Assembly (NCBI GenBank): GCA_020891255.1
Contig: BQFW01000005.1
Location: forward strand, 1,488,001-1,552,000
DNA: 64,000 nt
Origin: Entomortierella parvispora E1425
Lineage: Eukaryota; Fungi; Mortierellomycota
Direction: 5' to 3'
The notes under the pieces are model-generated. The model was not told the origin of the DNA. It saw nothing but the letters and a program-made list of their open reading frames with translations, and did no database searches. The position numbers and the translations under genes are program-made. Position 1 is the stretch's first letter, and every line of letters begins with the position of its first letter. Shown one piece after another: positions 1 through 11,879 of the stretch.

Positions 1-708
1 AAAGGTTGAGACGATGTGTTTTTGACCTTCGTATTTTGTCATGGTCAATTTGAAGGCAGAAAATCTTGAAAATGGATGACGGCCACCGTGTTCGTCGTTC
101 TGTGTGGCGGCAACAATGTTCACCAACTTGCGGACGCTTGTTAAAACTGGAAACCATCGAGATTTTGACAACAACGGTGTTTGTCCAAATGTAGCGACAA
201 CCATGATGACAATCACGGATGTGATTGTCGTCCCAACAAAACCCAAATACTTTTTCCACGCGGCCGTGTGGGTTCCGACACATTTTCTTGCCCAAGAGTC
301 CATCCATAAATAGCTTTCCTTGCATTTTTCGTCAGCCCAAATATCACAATTCCCTCCAGCAGGAAAGCTGTTCAGATTCGTTGAATCTTTGTTGATTCTT
401 AGAAAGAAATATGTCGAATTTAGCGGAATTACAGTCGGAACATCTCCTGGTATGCAATTGTCCCAATTGTCCAAACACACCGCATTTTGTTTGAGATGCC
501 CTACCCAAGTGCCGTTTGCAAGATCAACTGGTGGGTCATATCTTAGCCAAAACCCCGAACCGGTTGTGCTTGTCCAAAGTCGAATAAAAACGTTTGAATT
601 CCACATTGCTGCAGCGTTCGCTCTGCCTTGGTCCCAGAGATACTGTACAACGTCCAAAAGTTGCAAATTGTCCAAGGACATATTTTTGTCGTTCAAACTT
701 GGCAGCGA
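1..708 (-). CDS. Partial open frame (236 codons) encoding an unknown probable membrane protein; upstream part cut by a LINE poly(A) end, runs off window edge
   Basis: I translated 708->1 by hand and found no stop (SLPSLNDKNMS...KYLGFVGTTITSVIVIMVVATFG...HIVSTF). It has one hydrophobic helix, several Cys and N-x-S/T sites. Not in the supplied ORF track. Confidence 0.55.
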
Positions 709-709
709 G

Positions 710-1256
710 TTTTTTTTTTTTTTTTTTTATTGACAAGGGGCCTATAGAAATGTGACCTAAGCCACTGTTTCAATCGCATGCTTCTGCATCCAGAGCCGTA
801 CGCGACCGTTGCGTCGCTCTCCTCTTTTTAAAAAGAGAAGAACCCGAGGTCTAGGTCGCCTCACGACAATAAAAATTTACAACTTCCCATCCTTTCCATC
901 ACTGCTGGTCGTCGCCGACCTAGGTATGTGTCCAGCAGAATTATATCCGCTTCGATGGCTTCGCCCGTAAAACCGGGGCAAGTGTTGTTCGTGTGGTTGT
1001 CTAGTAATTGTCCGCATTCGCACTCATCCTCCGCGGGTGGTGCTCCGACCCAGGATCGCCATGGGTTGGCTTGCGCTCCTTGTTGTCTCGGTGGCAGTGT
1101 TCTCTTCATCTTCTTGGTGATTGCTTGTTCTTTTTCCATTGCAATCTGGCTATTGCAACGGTCCAGCCAGACTGCCTCTCGAATCCCTTCCTCGAGAGCG
1201 CGGCAAAAACGGTGGACGAGGTTTTGGGCCGTGGTGATGTTGGTCTTAAAGAGCTT
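710..1256 (-). mobile_element. Non-LTR retrotransposon (LINE) 3' end: ORF2 C-terminus, 3' UTR and poly(A) tail
   Basis: T19 run at 710-728 reads as ...TCAAT(A)n on the minus strand. Minus frame 1256->861 (KLFKTN...AVWLDRCNSQIAMEKEQAIT...ECECGQLLDNHTNNTC...) ends in a Cys/His knuckle-like motif. Confidence 0.8.
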
Positions 1257-1367
1257 TGTAACAGGAATACGGTGACATCACGCGATGTGTACCTACAAAA
1301 GCTAGAAACTTGCAATATAATAAAACTCACTTCTTGTCTCCACTCCACCCTCGATACTCCTATTGCA
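1257..1367 (+). repeat. Family A 5' LTR (111 bp)
   Basis: TGTAACA...TATTGCA, identical to 6211-6321, 22138-22248 and 27095-27205. Confidence 0.97.
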
Positions 1368-1378
1368 TGGTAGCAAAG
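1368..1378 (+). promoter_or_regulatory. Primer-binding site, probably for initiator tRNA-Met
   Basis: TGGTAGCAAAG lies directly after the LTR and is complementary to a tRNA 3' end ...UGCUACCA, as in eukaryotic tRNAiMet. Confidence 0.8.
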
Positions 1379-1485
1379 GTTTTCGATCCACTGACCTCAC
1401 TGACCCACTGACCCTCCGACACACTTACACCCTGGACCCCCTCGTATCCCTCTTCGATCAACTCTCCCTCGACAATTCACCCAAC

Positions 1486-2406
1486 ATGGACCCCGCGACA
1501 CCGTCATTCAAATTCCCTCATCCAACACCGTTCAACGGCAAGCGCGACGGATTCTCTGTTCTCGGTTTTCTGAAACGCATGACCTTTTTCTTCGATGGCG
1601 CTGGAATTGCCGAACCTCGCAAGGTCGGGGTTACCCTTGCCTTTGCCGGCGATGAGGTTATCGGCTGGTGGGCACTCTTAAACAAGCCATCCGACACCTC
1701 ATTCCCGGATTTCAGCGAGCTCCTTGCCACCGAGTTCAGTCCTGCGAAGTTTAAGGAGCACATTCTCGCCCTCACAATGCAAATGAAAATGACACTACCA
1801 TTGAACATCTCCAACGTCATGGCCTATATTACCAAAGCCCGTGAATACCACCTGCTCCTCCAGTCTTACTACGCCGACAACGCAGTTCTCAACGATACTA
1901 TCCGTACTGCCTTTCTCAGTGGTGCACCTACTCAGCTTCGCCAGATGCTGGAAGTGGCCATTGTTAATGCAGGCAACGACACCATAGATCTGCCCAGACT
2001 CTTCAAGGCCGCGGAGGAGTTCGGTCGTATCTTCCACACTGGAGACCCATCACTCGGTGCCAAAGCACTGGCTGCCTCGGGATCCTCTGCTGGTATCACC
2101 GACCCCAACGCAATGGAAGTGGACAATATTCATATCCAACTCAACAATATCCATAAGCAACTCGGCACCCTTCACCGCTCCTTACAGAACCGCCCCACCA
2201 ACGGTACTAACAACCCTTCTCGAGATCGCCCCGCACCCCTGACCGCCGCCGACCGAGAGTACCTTGTACGTAACGGTGGCTGCTTCCGCTGCCGCGAATT
2301 GGGTCACATCAGTCCCAATTGCCCTAAGTACGGCAACGGCAGCCGAGGAATTAATCAAGTAACCGCGGGTGAATCCCCTGATTCGGGAAAAGCCTCCGGC
2401 AACTAG
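1486..2406 (+). CDS. gag: Family A Gag
   Basis: HPTPFNGKRDG capsid-like start and CFRCRELGHISPNC zinc knuckle. ATG at 1486 chosen because the ORF-track start (1363) overlaps the LTR/PBS. Confidence 0.9.
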   Translation: MDPATPSFKFPHPTPFNGKRDGFSVLGFLKRMTFFFDGAGIAEPRKVGVTLAFAGDEVIGWWALLNKPSDTSFPDFSELLATEFSPAKFKEHILALTMQMKMTLPLNISNVMAYITKAREYHLLLQSYYADNAVLNDTIRTAFLSGAPTQLRQMLEVAIVNAGNDTIDLPRLFKAAEEFGRIFHTGDPSLGAKALAASGSSAGITDPNAMEVDNIHIQLNNIHKQLGTLHRSLQNRPTNGTNNPSRDRPAPLTAADREYLVRNGGCFRCRELGHISPNCPKYGNGSRGINQVTAGESPDSGKASGN

Positions 2407-5400
2407 GGTCGGTCCGGACCCCAGTTGTCGAAACTGTAGCCAACAACCCTGAGCTAAGTACCTCAAATAAAACTTCACTTGATTCTACACCTCAGAAACA
2501 TGACTCCAATCATGACAAGCGAACTCACATCCACGATGCTCTGGTTGTTCTATCGGACCGAAACCAAAACCAAACCAAAAAACCTGTTGCCTCGCCCGCT
2601 CCAGTTGCCCTGTCCGCTCCTCTACCTAGATCCTCCGATACAGATGAACCGGACCCTCTCGCTGTACCGCCGGCACCTAGTGTACCTCTGTCCAAAAGTC
2701 AGTTGAAGAAGTTGAAGCGTCGTGCGATTCGCCTACACGAATTCACTGTCCAAAAGGCAGAGAGCCAACTGCTCACTTTCATCGGTTCTGTCAATGGCCA
2801 CGCTGCCAGAATCCTGATTGATGGTGGTGCAGAAGGTAATATTATCAGTTCGTCTTTTCAAAAGCGACACCAGCTCCTCCGCACTGAATGCTTGCCCATC
2901 CCCATCCTCCTCCCCAATGGCTCTTCCTCCCTCACATCACACACCGTCCCCATCACCCTCAACCGCAGCGACTACTCCGATTCGCTCAACCCTATTCTCT
3001 ATCCTCTCAACAAATACGACCTCATCCTTGGCAAACCCTGGCTCACCAAAGTTAACCCTTGCATCAATTGGCGCACCAACGATCTTCATTTCACTCACAA
3101 TGGAATCGATGTTCAAATGGAGCTGCCGCGGCTTCAAGGCCGATCACATCCAAAGCCGCACCAAAGGACTCCTCCTCACACACATGCACTTTCATTCCAT
3201 GGCAACCCTGCCCGACTCGGAGGTGTTCCTGGCCCTTATTCGCAACACCCCAGAGCCCTCTGAAGAAACTGACCAACCGCGTACAATTCCCGATATGACC
3301 CCAGAGGTGCGGTCCATTGTCATGGAAGAGTTCGCTGATGTCTTTCCGGAGAAACTCCCGGACGGCCTGCCCCCAGACCGTGGTGATGCTATGAAGATCG
3401 AGACCGACCCGACAGCCGACCCACCCTTCCGCCCTGTCATTAGACTTTCAATCGCCGAGCTTGACGAACTTTGCAAACAACTGGACCAATTGCTAGCAGC
3501 AGGTTTTATCAAACCCAGTACCTCTCCCTATGGCGCCCCCGTGCTCTTTGTGCGGAAGAAGGACGGCACACTCCGAATGTGCGTCGACTACCGTGGCCTC
3601 AACAAGATCACCAGGAAGAACAGACACCCGTTGCCCCGTATCGACGAGCTACTTGACCGCTTCCGTGGAGCACGCTATTACTCCAAGTTGGACTTGTTAT
3701 CCGGTTATCATCAGCAGCGTATCTTTGAACCACACACACACAAGACTGCCTTCCGTTGTCGCTATGGTCACTTTGAGTTCAATGTTGTTCCCTTTGGCCT
3801 TACTAACGCTCCTGCTTCGTTCTCCAATATGATGTTGCGAGTACTCGATCCAGTCTTGGACAAATGGGTTGTCGTGTATCTCGACGATCTGTTGATCTAC
3901 TCCAAGACAAAGAAAGAACACCTGCAGCATCTCCGAAGCGTCCTGGCTCTCCTCCGCAAGAATGGTCTGTACGCGAAATTGAGCAAGTGCTCCTTCATGC
4001 AAGACGAAACTGAATTTTTGGGCCACACCATCACCAAGGACGGGATCAAAACATCGGCCGGGCTCAGCAAAGCCATCAGTGACTGGCCCACCCCCAAGAG
4101 CACAAAGGACGTCCAGCAATTTTTGGGGCTTGCGCAATTTTATCAACAGTACGTATCGGGCTTTGCAGGGATTGCCCTCCCTCTCTCTTCCCTCCTCGCC
4201 AACAACACTCCCTTCAAATGGACCGACGAACAACAATCTGCATTCCTTCAGCTCAAACGCGCCATCTGCTCCGCCCCCGTCCTCCGCATCTTCGACCCTG
4301 ATCTCTCACCTTTGTCGAAACAGATGCATCCGGTTTCGCCATCGGTGCAGTGCTGCTGCAGACTGACCGGGAAGGGAATACCCATCCCATCGCATTCACT
4401 TCCAGGAAAATGCAGTCAGCTGAGCGGAACTACCCTGTCCATGAGCAGGAACTGTTGGCTGTCATCCATGCGCTCCGCACTTGGCGCTACTACCTCGATG
4501 GAACCAAGTTCAGCGTCCACACCGACCACGCCACCCTCCGCCACTTCCCCACACAGCCCAAACTCACTCGTCGACAGGCTCGCTGGATGGAGTTGCTTCA
4601 GGAATACGACTTTGACTTCAAGTACAAGCGAGGAGTTGACAACATCGTCCCAGACGCTCTCTCCCGACGACCGGACTACCGCGAGCCTGACCCTGTTGAG
4701 CTATACAACCTCAGCGTCTCCCTGTCCCCGGACGTCCGTGACCAGCTTGTCCAGGACTACAACGACGATCCTCGACTTGGACCCATCTACAAGGATTGCC
4801 TGGATGGGAAGGTTGCCAATGGATATTCATTCCAGAACAACCTCCTCTACTTTACCCGACGTGGAGCAACCACCCTGGCCATCCCTCGGCACTCCCCGAT
4901 CCGCCTCACTCTCTTGCACGACGCTCACGACTCTGCCACTGCTGGACACTTTGGTTTTCAAAAGACTTACGACAACCTGCGCCGTTTCGTATATTGGCCC
5001 CACATCGCCAAGGATACCCAGCAGTATGTAGCAACCTGCGAGAAGTGTCAAAGGAACAAGGACTCACAGGATCGACCAGCTGGACTCTTGCAACCGCTAC
5101 CCATTCCTTCGCAACGTTGGGAGGTAGTCACCATGGACTTCATCGGCCCTCTTCCGCCCACAGCTAGAAATTTTGACGCCATCACAGTGTTTGTCGACAA
5201 GCTGACCAAGCAAGCTCACTTCGTCCCCAGTACTACCTCTGCCACAGCCGTCGACGTCGCCCACCAGTTTTTTGACAACATCTTCAAGCTGCATGGCACA
5301 CCAACATCCATCATCTCGGACCGCGACACTCGATTCACTAGTAGATTCTGGCAAGAGTTGCACAGGCTAATGGATGTCAAACTTGCACTGTCAACCGCCT

Positions 5401-6200
5401 ACCACCCACAGACGGATGGGCAGACAGAGGTTATGAACAAGACGCTGAAGACTATGTTGAGAGCGTTTATTGACAACAAGCAGTCTAACTGGGACCAGCT
5501 CCTTCCGTCACTGGAATTCGCCTATAACAACGCTGTCAATGCATCCACGGGATACTCGCCGTTCTTCCTCAACTCTGGCCAGCACCCTCGTCTCCCCACC
5601 GCTCTCCTCGGTAAACCCAGCAGCTCAGTCCCCACTGTCGATACCTTCCTGACTGAGCAGGCGACCACCCTTGCCCTGGCCCAGGATGCTCTGCAGCGTG
5701 CTCAGGATCATCAGGAGCAACAGGCAAACAAGCGACGACGGGATCACAAGTACAAGGTTGGCGATAAGGTCCTGCTGCGTGCCACCAATATCACCATCCC
5801 TGCCGACAGTATCAGACCAGCCGATAAACTTCGACCTCAATTCCTTGGCCCGTTCACACTTTTGGAGCAACACTCACCTGTCACCTTCCGCGTCGAGCTG
5901 CCACCATTCTACAAAATCCATGACGTCTTCCACGTTGATACCTTTCGACCCTATTTGCCGTCCCCGGAGTCACTCGGCATTCGAGCTCCTGCCCCCGTGG
6001 ATCCCACTGTAATTGACGGCGAAGAGGAGTATGAAGTGGACGAAATTTTAAAGTACCGCTTCTACCGCAGACAACACCAGTTCCTAGTGTCATTCAAAGG
6101 CTACGGCAGAGAAGCTGACGAATGGCTCCCAGTAAGCAACTTGGACAACTGCATGGACTTGGTCACAACCTTCAAAGAGCAGCACGGTATCATTTTTTAA
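2385..6200 (+). CDS. pol: Family A Pol (PR-RT-RH-IN-chromodomain), with frameshifts near 3120-3160 and ~4305
   Basis: ILIDGGAEGN (PR), YLDD (RT), TDASGFAIGAVL (RH), HDSATAGHFG...CEKC, MDF and YHPQTDGQTE (IN), YEVDEIL...FKGYGREADEWLP (chromo). Confidence 0.93.
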
Positions 6201-6210
6201 AAGGGGAAGG

Positions 6211-6321
6211 TGTAACAGGAATACGGTGACATCACGCGATGTGTACCTACAAAAGCTAGAAACTTGCAATATAATAAAACTCACTTCTTGTCTCCACTCC
6301 ACCCTCGATACTCCTATTGCA
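6211..6321 (+). repeat. Family A 3' LTR, preceded by PPT AAAAGGGGAAGG (6199-6210)
   Basis: Identical to the 5' LTR; polypurine tract immediately upstream. Confidence 0.97.
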
Positions 6322-9300
6322 ACTCTCCGCCATTAACTTCATTGCTACCGCCCAAGACCCCTCTCACACGATCTACCTCGCCCACGTCAAATTCGCCCCC
6401 ACCCCCACCGACACCCCTACCGACACAAACACCAGCCCAGACCAAACTCCAGACCAAACCCCTACTCCCAAACCACTCCCAAATGCCATCCGCCACCTTG
6501 TACACGTTGAGTTCCCCGATGTCTTCCCCGATGACCTCCCACCAGGACTTCCCCCAGATCGCGGCACTGAAATCCACATCGATACCGACCCCAACGCCGA
6601 CCCACCTGTCCGACCAGTCATCCGCCTATCAATGGCTGAACTTGATGAGCTCCAGCGACAACTGCAAGACCTCCTCCACAAAGGCTTTATCTCCCCCAGC
6701 ATTTCGCCATTCGGTGCCCCTGTTCTTTTCACCAAAAAGAAAGATGGTGGCCTACGTCTTTGCATTGATTACCGTGGATTGAATCGCATCACCCGCAAAA
6801 ATCGTCACCCTCTGCCCCGTATCGACGAACTGATCGACCGCTTCAAGACCGCCCGGTTCTTCAGCAAACTGGACCTCCGATCTGGCTACTATCAGATGCA
6901 AATCCACCCCGACGATCGCCACAAGACCGCTTTTCGCACACGGTACGCCATTACGAGTTCAATGTGGTCCCATTTGGGCTCACAAATGCACCAGCATGGT
7001 TCTCAACCCTCATGCGGACAGCCCTCGCGCCTGTCATTGACAAATGTGTAGTACTCTATCTTCATGACATCCTGATCTATTCGGACACAGAAGAGGAACA
7101 TATCGAGGATATCCGCAAGGTCCTGACCCTCCTACGAGAACATCGCCTCTACGCTAAGTTATCGAAATGCTCTTTCATGCAAGAAGAAACAGAGTTTTTG
7201 GGCCACATCATATCCAAGGACGGTATCAAAACCAATGGAGGATTGGTCAAGGCAATACGTGAATGGCCTCAACCCAGGACACTCCGTGAACTCTTGCAAT
7301 TCCTTGGCCTTGCCAACTTCTACCGCCAGTATGTCAAAGGATACGCAGACATTGCACTGCCTCTCACAGAGCTGCTAAATCGTACAACCCCCTTCACCTG
7401 GTCCAGAAAAGCTCAAGCCGCCTTCAACAAACTTAAAGCTGCGATCACTTCAGCCCCTGTTCTCCGAATTTTTGATCCCGCCTTGTCCACCGCGATCGAC
7501 ACCGATGCCTCAGGATTTGCCATTGGTGCTGTCCTCTTCCAGACCGACCAATTTGGCAGATCAAGGCCTGTCGCCTTCACGTCCCGCAAACTCAACCCGG
7601 CCGAGCGCAACTACCCAGTCCACGAACAGGAGTTACTGGCAGTGGTCCATGCCCTTCGCACTTGGCGATACTATCTCGATGGATCTCACTTCATAGTGTA
7701 CACGGACCACGCCACCCTCCAACACTTCCCCACTCAACCCAACCTTACCAGGCGACAAGCCCGCTGGATGGAGTTGCTACAGGAGTACAATTTCGACTTC
7801 CGGTACAAACGAGGTGTGGACAACATAGTGCCCGACGCCCTGTCCAGAAGACCAGACCACCAAGACAAACCACCAGATCAAACATCCCTAGCATCCTTGC
7901 AGGTGGACATCGACCCCTCACTTCACGATCAACTACGCCAGGGATACGCCGATGACCCAAAATGTATGAAGATCATGGAGTTACACAAAGACGCCGCCCC
8001 TACAGACCGCTACTTCCTCAGTGAGGGCCTTTTGTTCACCAACATTGCAGGACGCACTCGGCTATGCATCCCCGACAACGACAAAATTCGGAATCAACTC
8101 CTGCACGATGCCCACGACTCCAAACTGGCAGGACACCTCGGATTCGACAAGACCTACGACCTCCTCTGCAGGCGCTTTTACTGGCCCCGCCTGGCCAAAG
8201 ACACAAAAGCGTACGTTCTCTCATGCGACCTCTGCCAGAGGAACAAACCATCCCTACAACAACCAGCGGGACTCTATATGCCACTTGCGATCCCAGGACA
8301 ACGATGGGATACGGTCTCTATGGATTTTATTGTCAAACTACCAAAGACTGCCCGTGGCTATGATGCGATCACTGTCTTCGTCGATAAACTGTCAAAGCAA
8401 GTCCATTTCTGCCCAAGCAACACCACCGATACGGCTGCTGATGTATTCCGAGAAGTCTTCCGTCTCCATGGCATGCCCCGAGCAATCGTCTCCGACCGCG
8501 ACTCACGATTCACAGGCCACTTCTGGACCACCCTCATGGGCCTTATGGACACCAAACTCGATATGTCAACCGCGTTCCATCCCCAATCGGACGGTCAAAC
8601 AGAGCGAGCCAACCGTACACTAGAAGAAATGCTACGCGCCTATATCTCGTACAACCAAAAAGATTGGGACGTCCTACTCCCAATGATGGAGTTTGCTTAC
8701 AATAACTCCCAAAACCCGTCCACAGGCTTCTCTCCTTTCCGATTAAACTACGGGCACAATCCAGTTACCCCCTCCGCATTACTGCACGCAATCCAATCCA
8801 ACACTCCCGCAGCTACCGAGTTTATTTTGCAACAACAAAGCGCCCTCACGCAAGCTCAAGACGCCATCCATCAGGCACAGGAGCGGCAGAAAACACAAGC
8901 AGATAAGGCAAGACGACCATCAACCTTCAAAGTGGGCGACATGGTGCTCCTCAATGCAGACCACTTGTCACTTGCAGCTCGTCAAAACCGCCCAGCACGT
9001 AAACTGGAACCGAAATACATCGGCCCATTTCGGATCACACGTAAAGCCAACGACAACCCGTTTGAACTAGCCCTGCCTTCAACTATGAAACAGCATCCAG
9101 TTTTCAACACCGACCTATTGCGCCCCTACATACCATCTCCACCTTCCTTCAACCGCACCACAACCGACCGTCCCCTTCCGATCACAACTGACGATGGCGA
9201 CGAAGAGTACGAGGTGGAACGGATACTGGACTACAAAATGGATCGTAAAACACCGAAATGGCTCGTTCTCTGGAAAGGCTACACCCTCGACGATGCCACT

Positions 9301-9604
9301 TGGGAACCAAAACGGTCTCTCGCAAATGCCCAAGAAGCACTTGCAGAGTTTGAGCGCACCAGAAAACCTTGAGCCGTTTTTTTTTTAGAGGGGAAGGATG
9401 CAAACAAATAGACCTCGTGCAACAGTCAAATCAGACTGACCGTGCAGCGCCTTCACTCACAGCAAAGCCACAAGGGGTCAACTACAACCACTACCACCAT
9501 TGCCACCATTGCCACCACCACAACCTTTAGTATAAATACCCCGGACTTCATATCAATAAACATCATTCAATCTTCGTGCTCTTCCCTTGGCCTTTACTAT
9601 TGCA
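6322..9604 (+). mobile_element. Ty3/gypsy chromodomain element family B, 3' part (RT-RH-IN-chromo and 206-bp 3' LTR at 9399-9604)
   Basis: ORFs 6317-7051 and 6964-9372 (frameshift at RY[G]HYEF) with YLHD, TDASGFAIG, FHPQSDGQTE and YEVERILD...WKGYTLDDATWEP. PPT AGAGGGGAAGGA; LTR TGCAA...TTGCA. Confidence 0.93.
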
Positions 9605-11879
9605 TGTCTCTAGTCTGAGGGGAGTAGGACGCAAGAGTGAGTGCGTTGAAGTTGATATCAAGATCGTGGTATGTTTGCCACACATTTTTACGAGAGCGTA
9701 GTATATGAAGAGGGTCCTCACTGTAATTGCGCTCACGAGAGTTGTGGCTATCCCTGTTGTCTCTGCGCTGGCGATTGTCAGCTTGATATGGCCCGAAGCG
9801 GCTTGATCCGCGGTGGGACCGGTCTTGTCGATCGTCTGAGCTGTGTGAGCTACGCTCCGAGTGTTCATTGCGTCGTCGTTCGTCGTTCTGGCGCGCACGG
9901 CAGGCGTCCTTCTTATGGCCTAGCTTGTTGCAGTAGTCGCAGCTGATATGGTCCTTGGAAACGTGGTTGCCGTTCTTGTTACATTTATCACACCACATCT
10001 GCTTCGACTCAGCCTTGGCGGCGTGAGAGTTGGTGGTGGGCATTACTGGAGCGCTAAAGTTTTCGCGAGCTCCAGCTGGTCCTGTTAGCTTGCCCAGTGC
10101 GATACAAAAAATCAGCGATAGCAATTGGAGTGTCTGGCACTGATGTTGCTTGTGGGTTGTCCAGTACGTATTGCGATTGGAATCGCGTGTTGACTGTGTC
10201 CATTTCAGATGATGCAAGTCCTTGTCGGAGCAGAGTCAAAACTACATCGTTGTTGTCTTGTACTCGGAATAGCTTTGTAGCTCTTGCGATCCGATGAGCG
10301 TAGTGACTATATGGCTCTCCTGCGAGTCGTCCAAATTTGGTGAGCGTGGTAACAGCGTTTTCTCGCTCTTCGATTGTTAAACATGTCTCGAAGAACGTCC
10401 TCTCGAGATAGTCCACTGTCAGCACCTCCTTGGGTGCCTTGAACTTCTCTTTCAGATTGGCATGAAAGTGGTCGTTGTGGACCAGGTACAGGAGGTATTT
10501 GTCTCCATGACTTCCTATGATTTGCTCCCCCCACATACGGCGCGATTTCTCGTTCGAAGTGCGCCCACCAGTCGTATGCCGATAGGGATCCTGATGATCC
10601 GAATCGAAGCCATGTGGATAGAGGCTTGACAGGAAATCCTGCCTCAGATCGCACTTGTGGAGCATGGTTGCTTGCGCTTCGATCCTGCTCTTGATAACGG
10701 TCTACGGTGGACTGATTTGGATATGCCCATTGTGCTGGTACAGGGCGGCGAGCTGCGTGAAGAGCATTGTATGTTTGCTCCATACTGCTGAGGAAGTCCT
10801 CGTTGCGCTTATGTTCTTCCTCCATCTTGTCTGTTTCCGGTGTGAGGTCCATGGGAGCTGTACCGGCATGGGTGACTCTTTTGTTACGTGAGATATGTAA
10901 AAGGAGTCTTACATTGGTGAGCCGAGTAGCTTCCATCTGTGCGTACGTTGCCGCAATGTCTGCCTCTATTTCCGCATCTGTTATGTCAGGCAGGGCAGTA
11001 TGGGTAGGTACCGCCAAGGCTCTGGTGATTGATACGACCGATGTAGGACTATCCTTTCTTGGAATAGATGGCAACTGTGACGGTGGTAGTCCTTCAAACG
11101 TCAGTCCACTTCTGGTGCCAGAGCTGGTGGATGGAATGGTTTCCTCGTCCACATCCATCTCTTCTGTGATGGATCCTTCGTGTGTGGCTACAGTGGCCAA
11201 GTCTCCGCCATTGTTGGTGGGTTCTCCAGAGTTGGAGGCAGTGGCGCGCGCGTTGGCGGCTTGTGCAACAGGTATAACAACTGCAGCGACTCTGCTCCGA
11301 ATTGGTTTGTTGTTGTTGAGATTCACTTTGCCCATGTCGCGAAAAAAATTTTCCCAGCTGAATTGAGTTAATGCCGGAATGAACTGAATGTCGAAAAGTT
11401 CACCAAAGTCCATGAGCGGTGGCTTGCGTGCAGTAAGTGGTGTTCTGGTAACTTTCAAGGGTCCTGAAAGCGATGCTGTGTTCCGTTTAGATGGATGGGT
11501 CGGATTGACGGGTGAATTGGCGTTCCAAAGTTGATCTCAGTTAAATCGAGTGGAATTAACTTGCGGAATGTGAGATGCAGGTCAATGCTGGTGAATGTCG
11601 TCGCAGACAGTGAAGAAATGCTGTTGATCGGTCGAGTGCTGACGAGTGCGGTTGAATGGAGGTGAATGCCGGTTGTGAATGTCGGTTATGTTCCTGATCC
11701 TGCGAGATCTTCTCTTCACTGAAAAAAATGAAAAGTATATGGCACACGGAGTCAGTGAGAATAAGAGAGGGATCTCTGTTTTATTGAACCGGTCAGGATA
11801 TTATCCTGACCGTTGCCTCCGTGACTGTGCCTTGCTGCCAGCAGCATCATTTGCCGCTGCGCCACCAAATTATGCGACA
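9605..11879 (-). mobile_element. Ty3/gypsy family C, 5' part (5' LTR ~11569-11879 plus gag), cut by the family B insertion
   Basis: Near-identical reverse complement of the C copy at 21921-29270. The LTR begins TGTCGCATAA at 11879; its inner boundary (…ATCTCACA) is inferred. Confidence 0.9.

Larger units (their letters stand above)
1257..6321 (+). mobile_element. Ty3/gypsy chromodomain LTR retrotransposon, family A, full length (5,065 bp); flanks do not form a TSD
   Basis: Identical 111-bp TG..CA LTRs, PBS, gag with CCHC, protease/RT/RNase H/integrase/chromodomain, and PPT. Flanks are AGCTT (left) and ACTCT (right). Confidence 0.97.
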
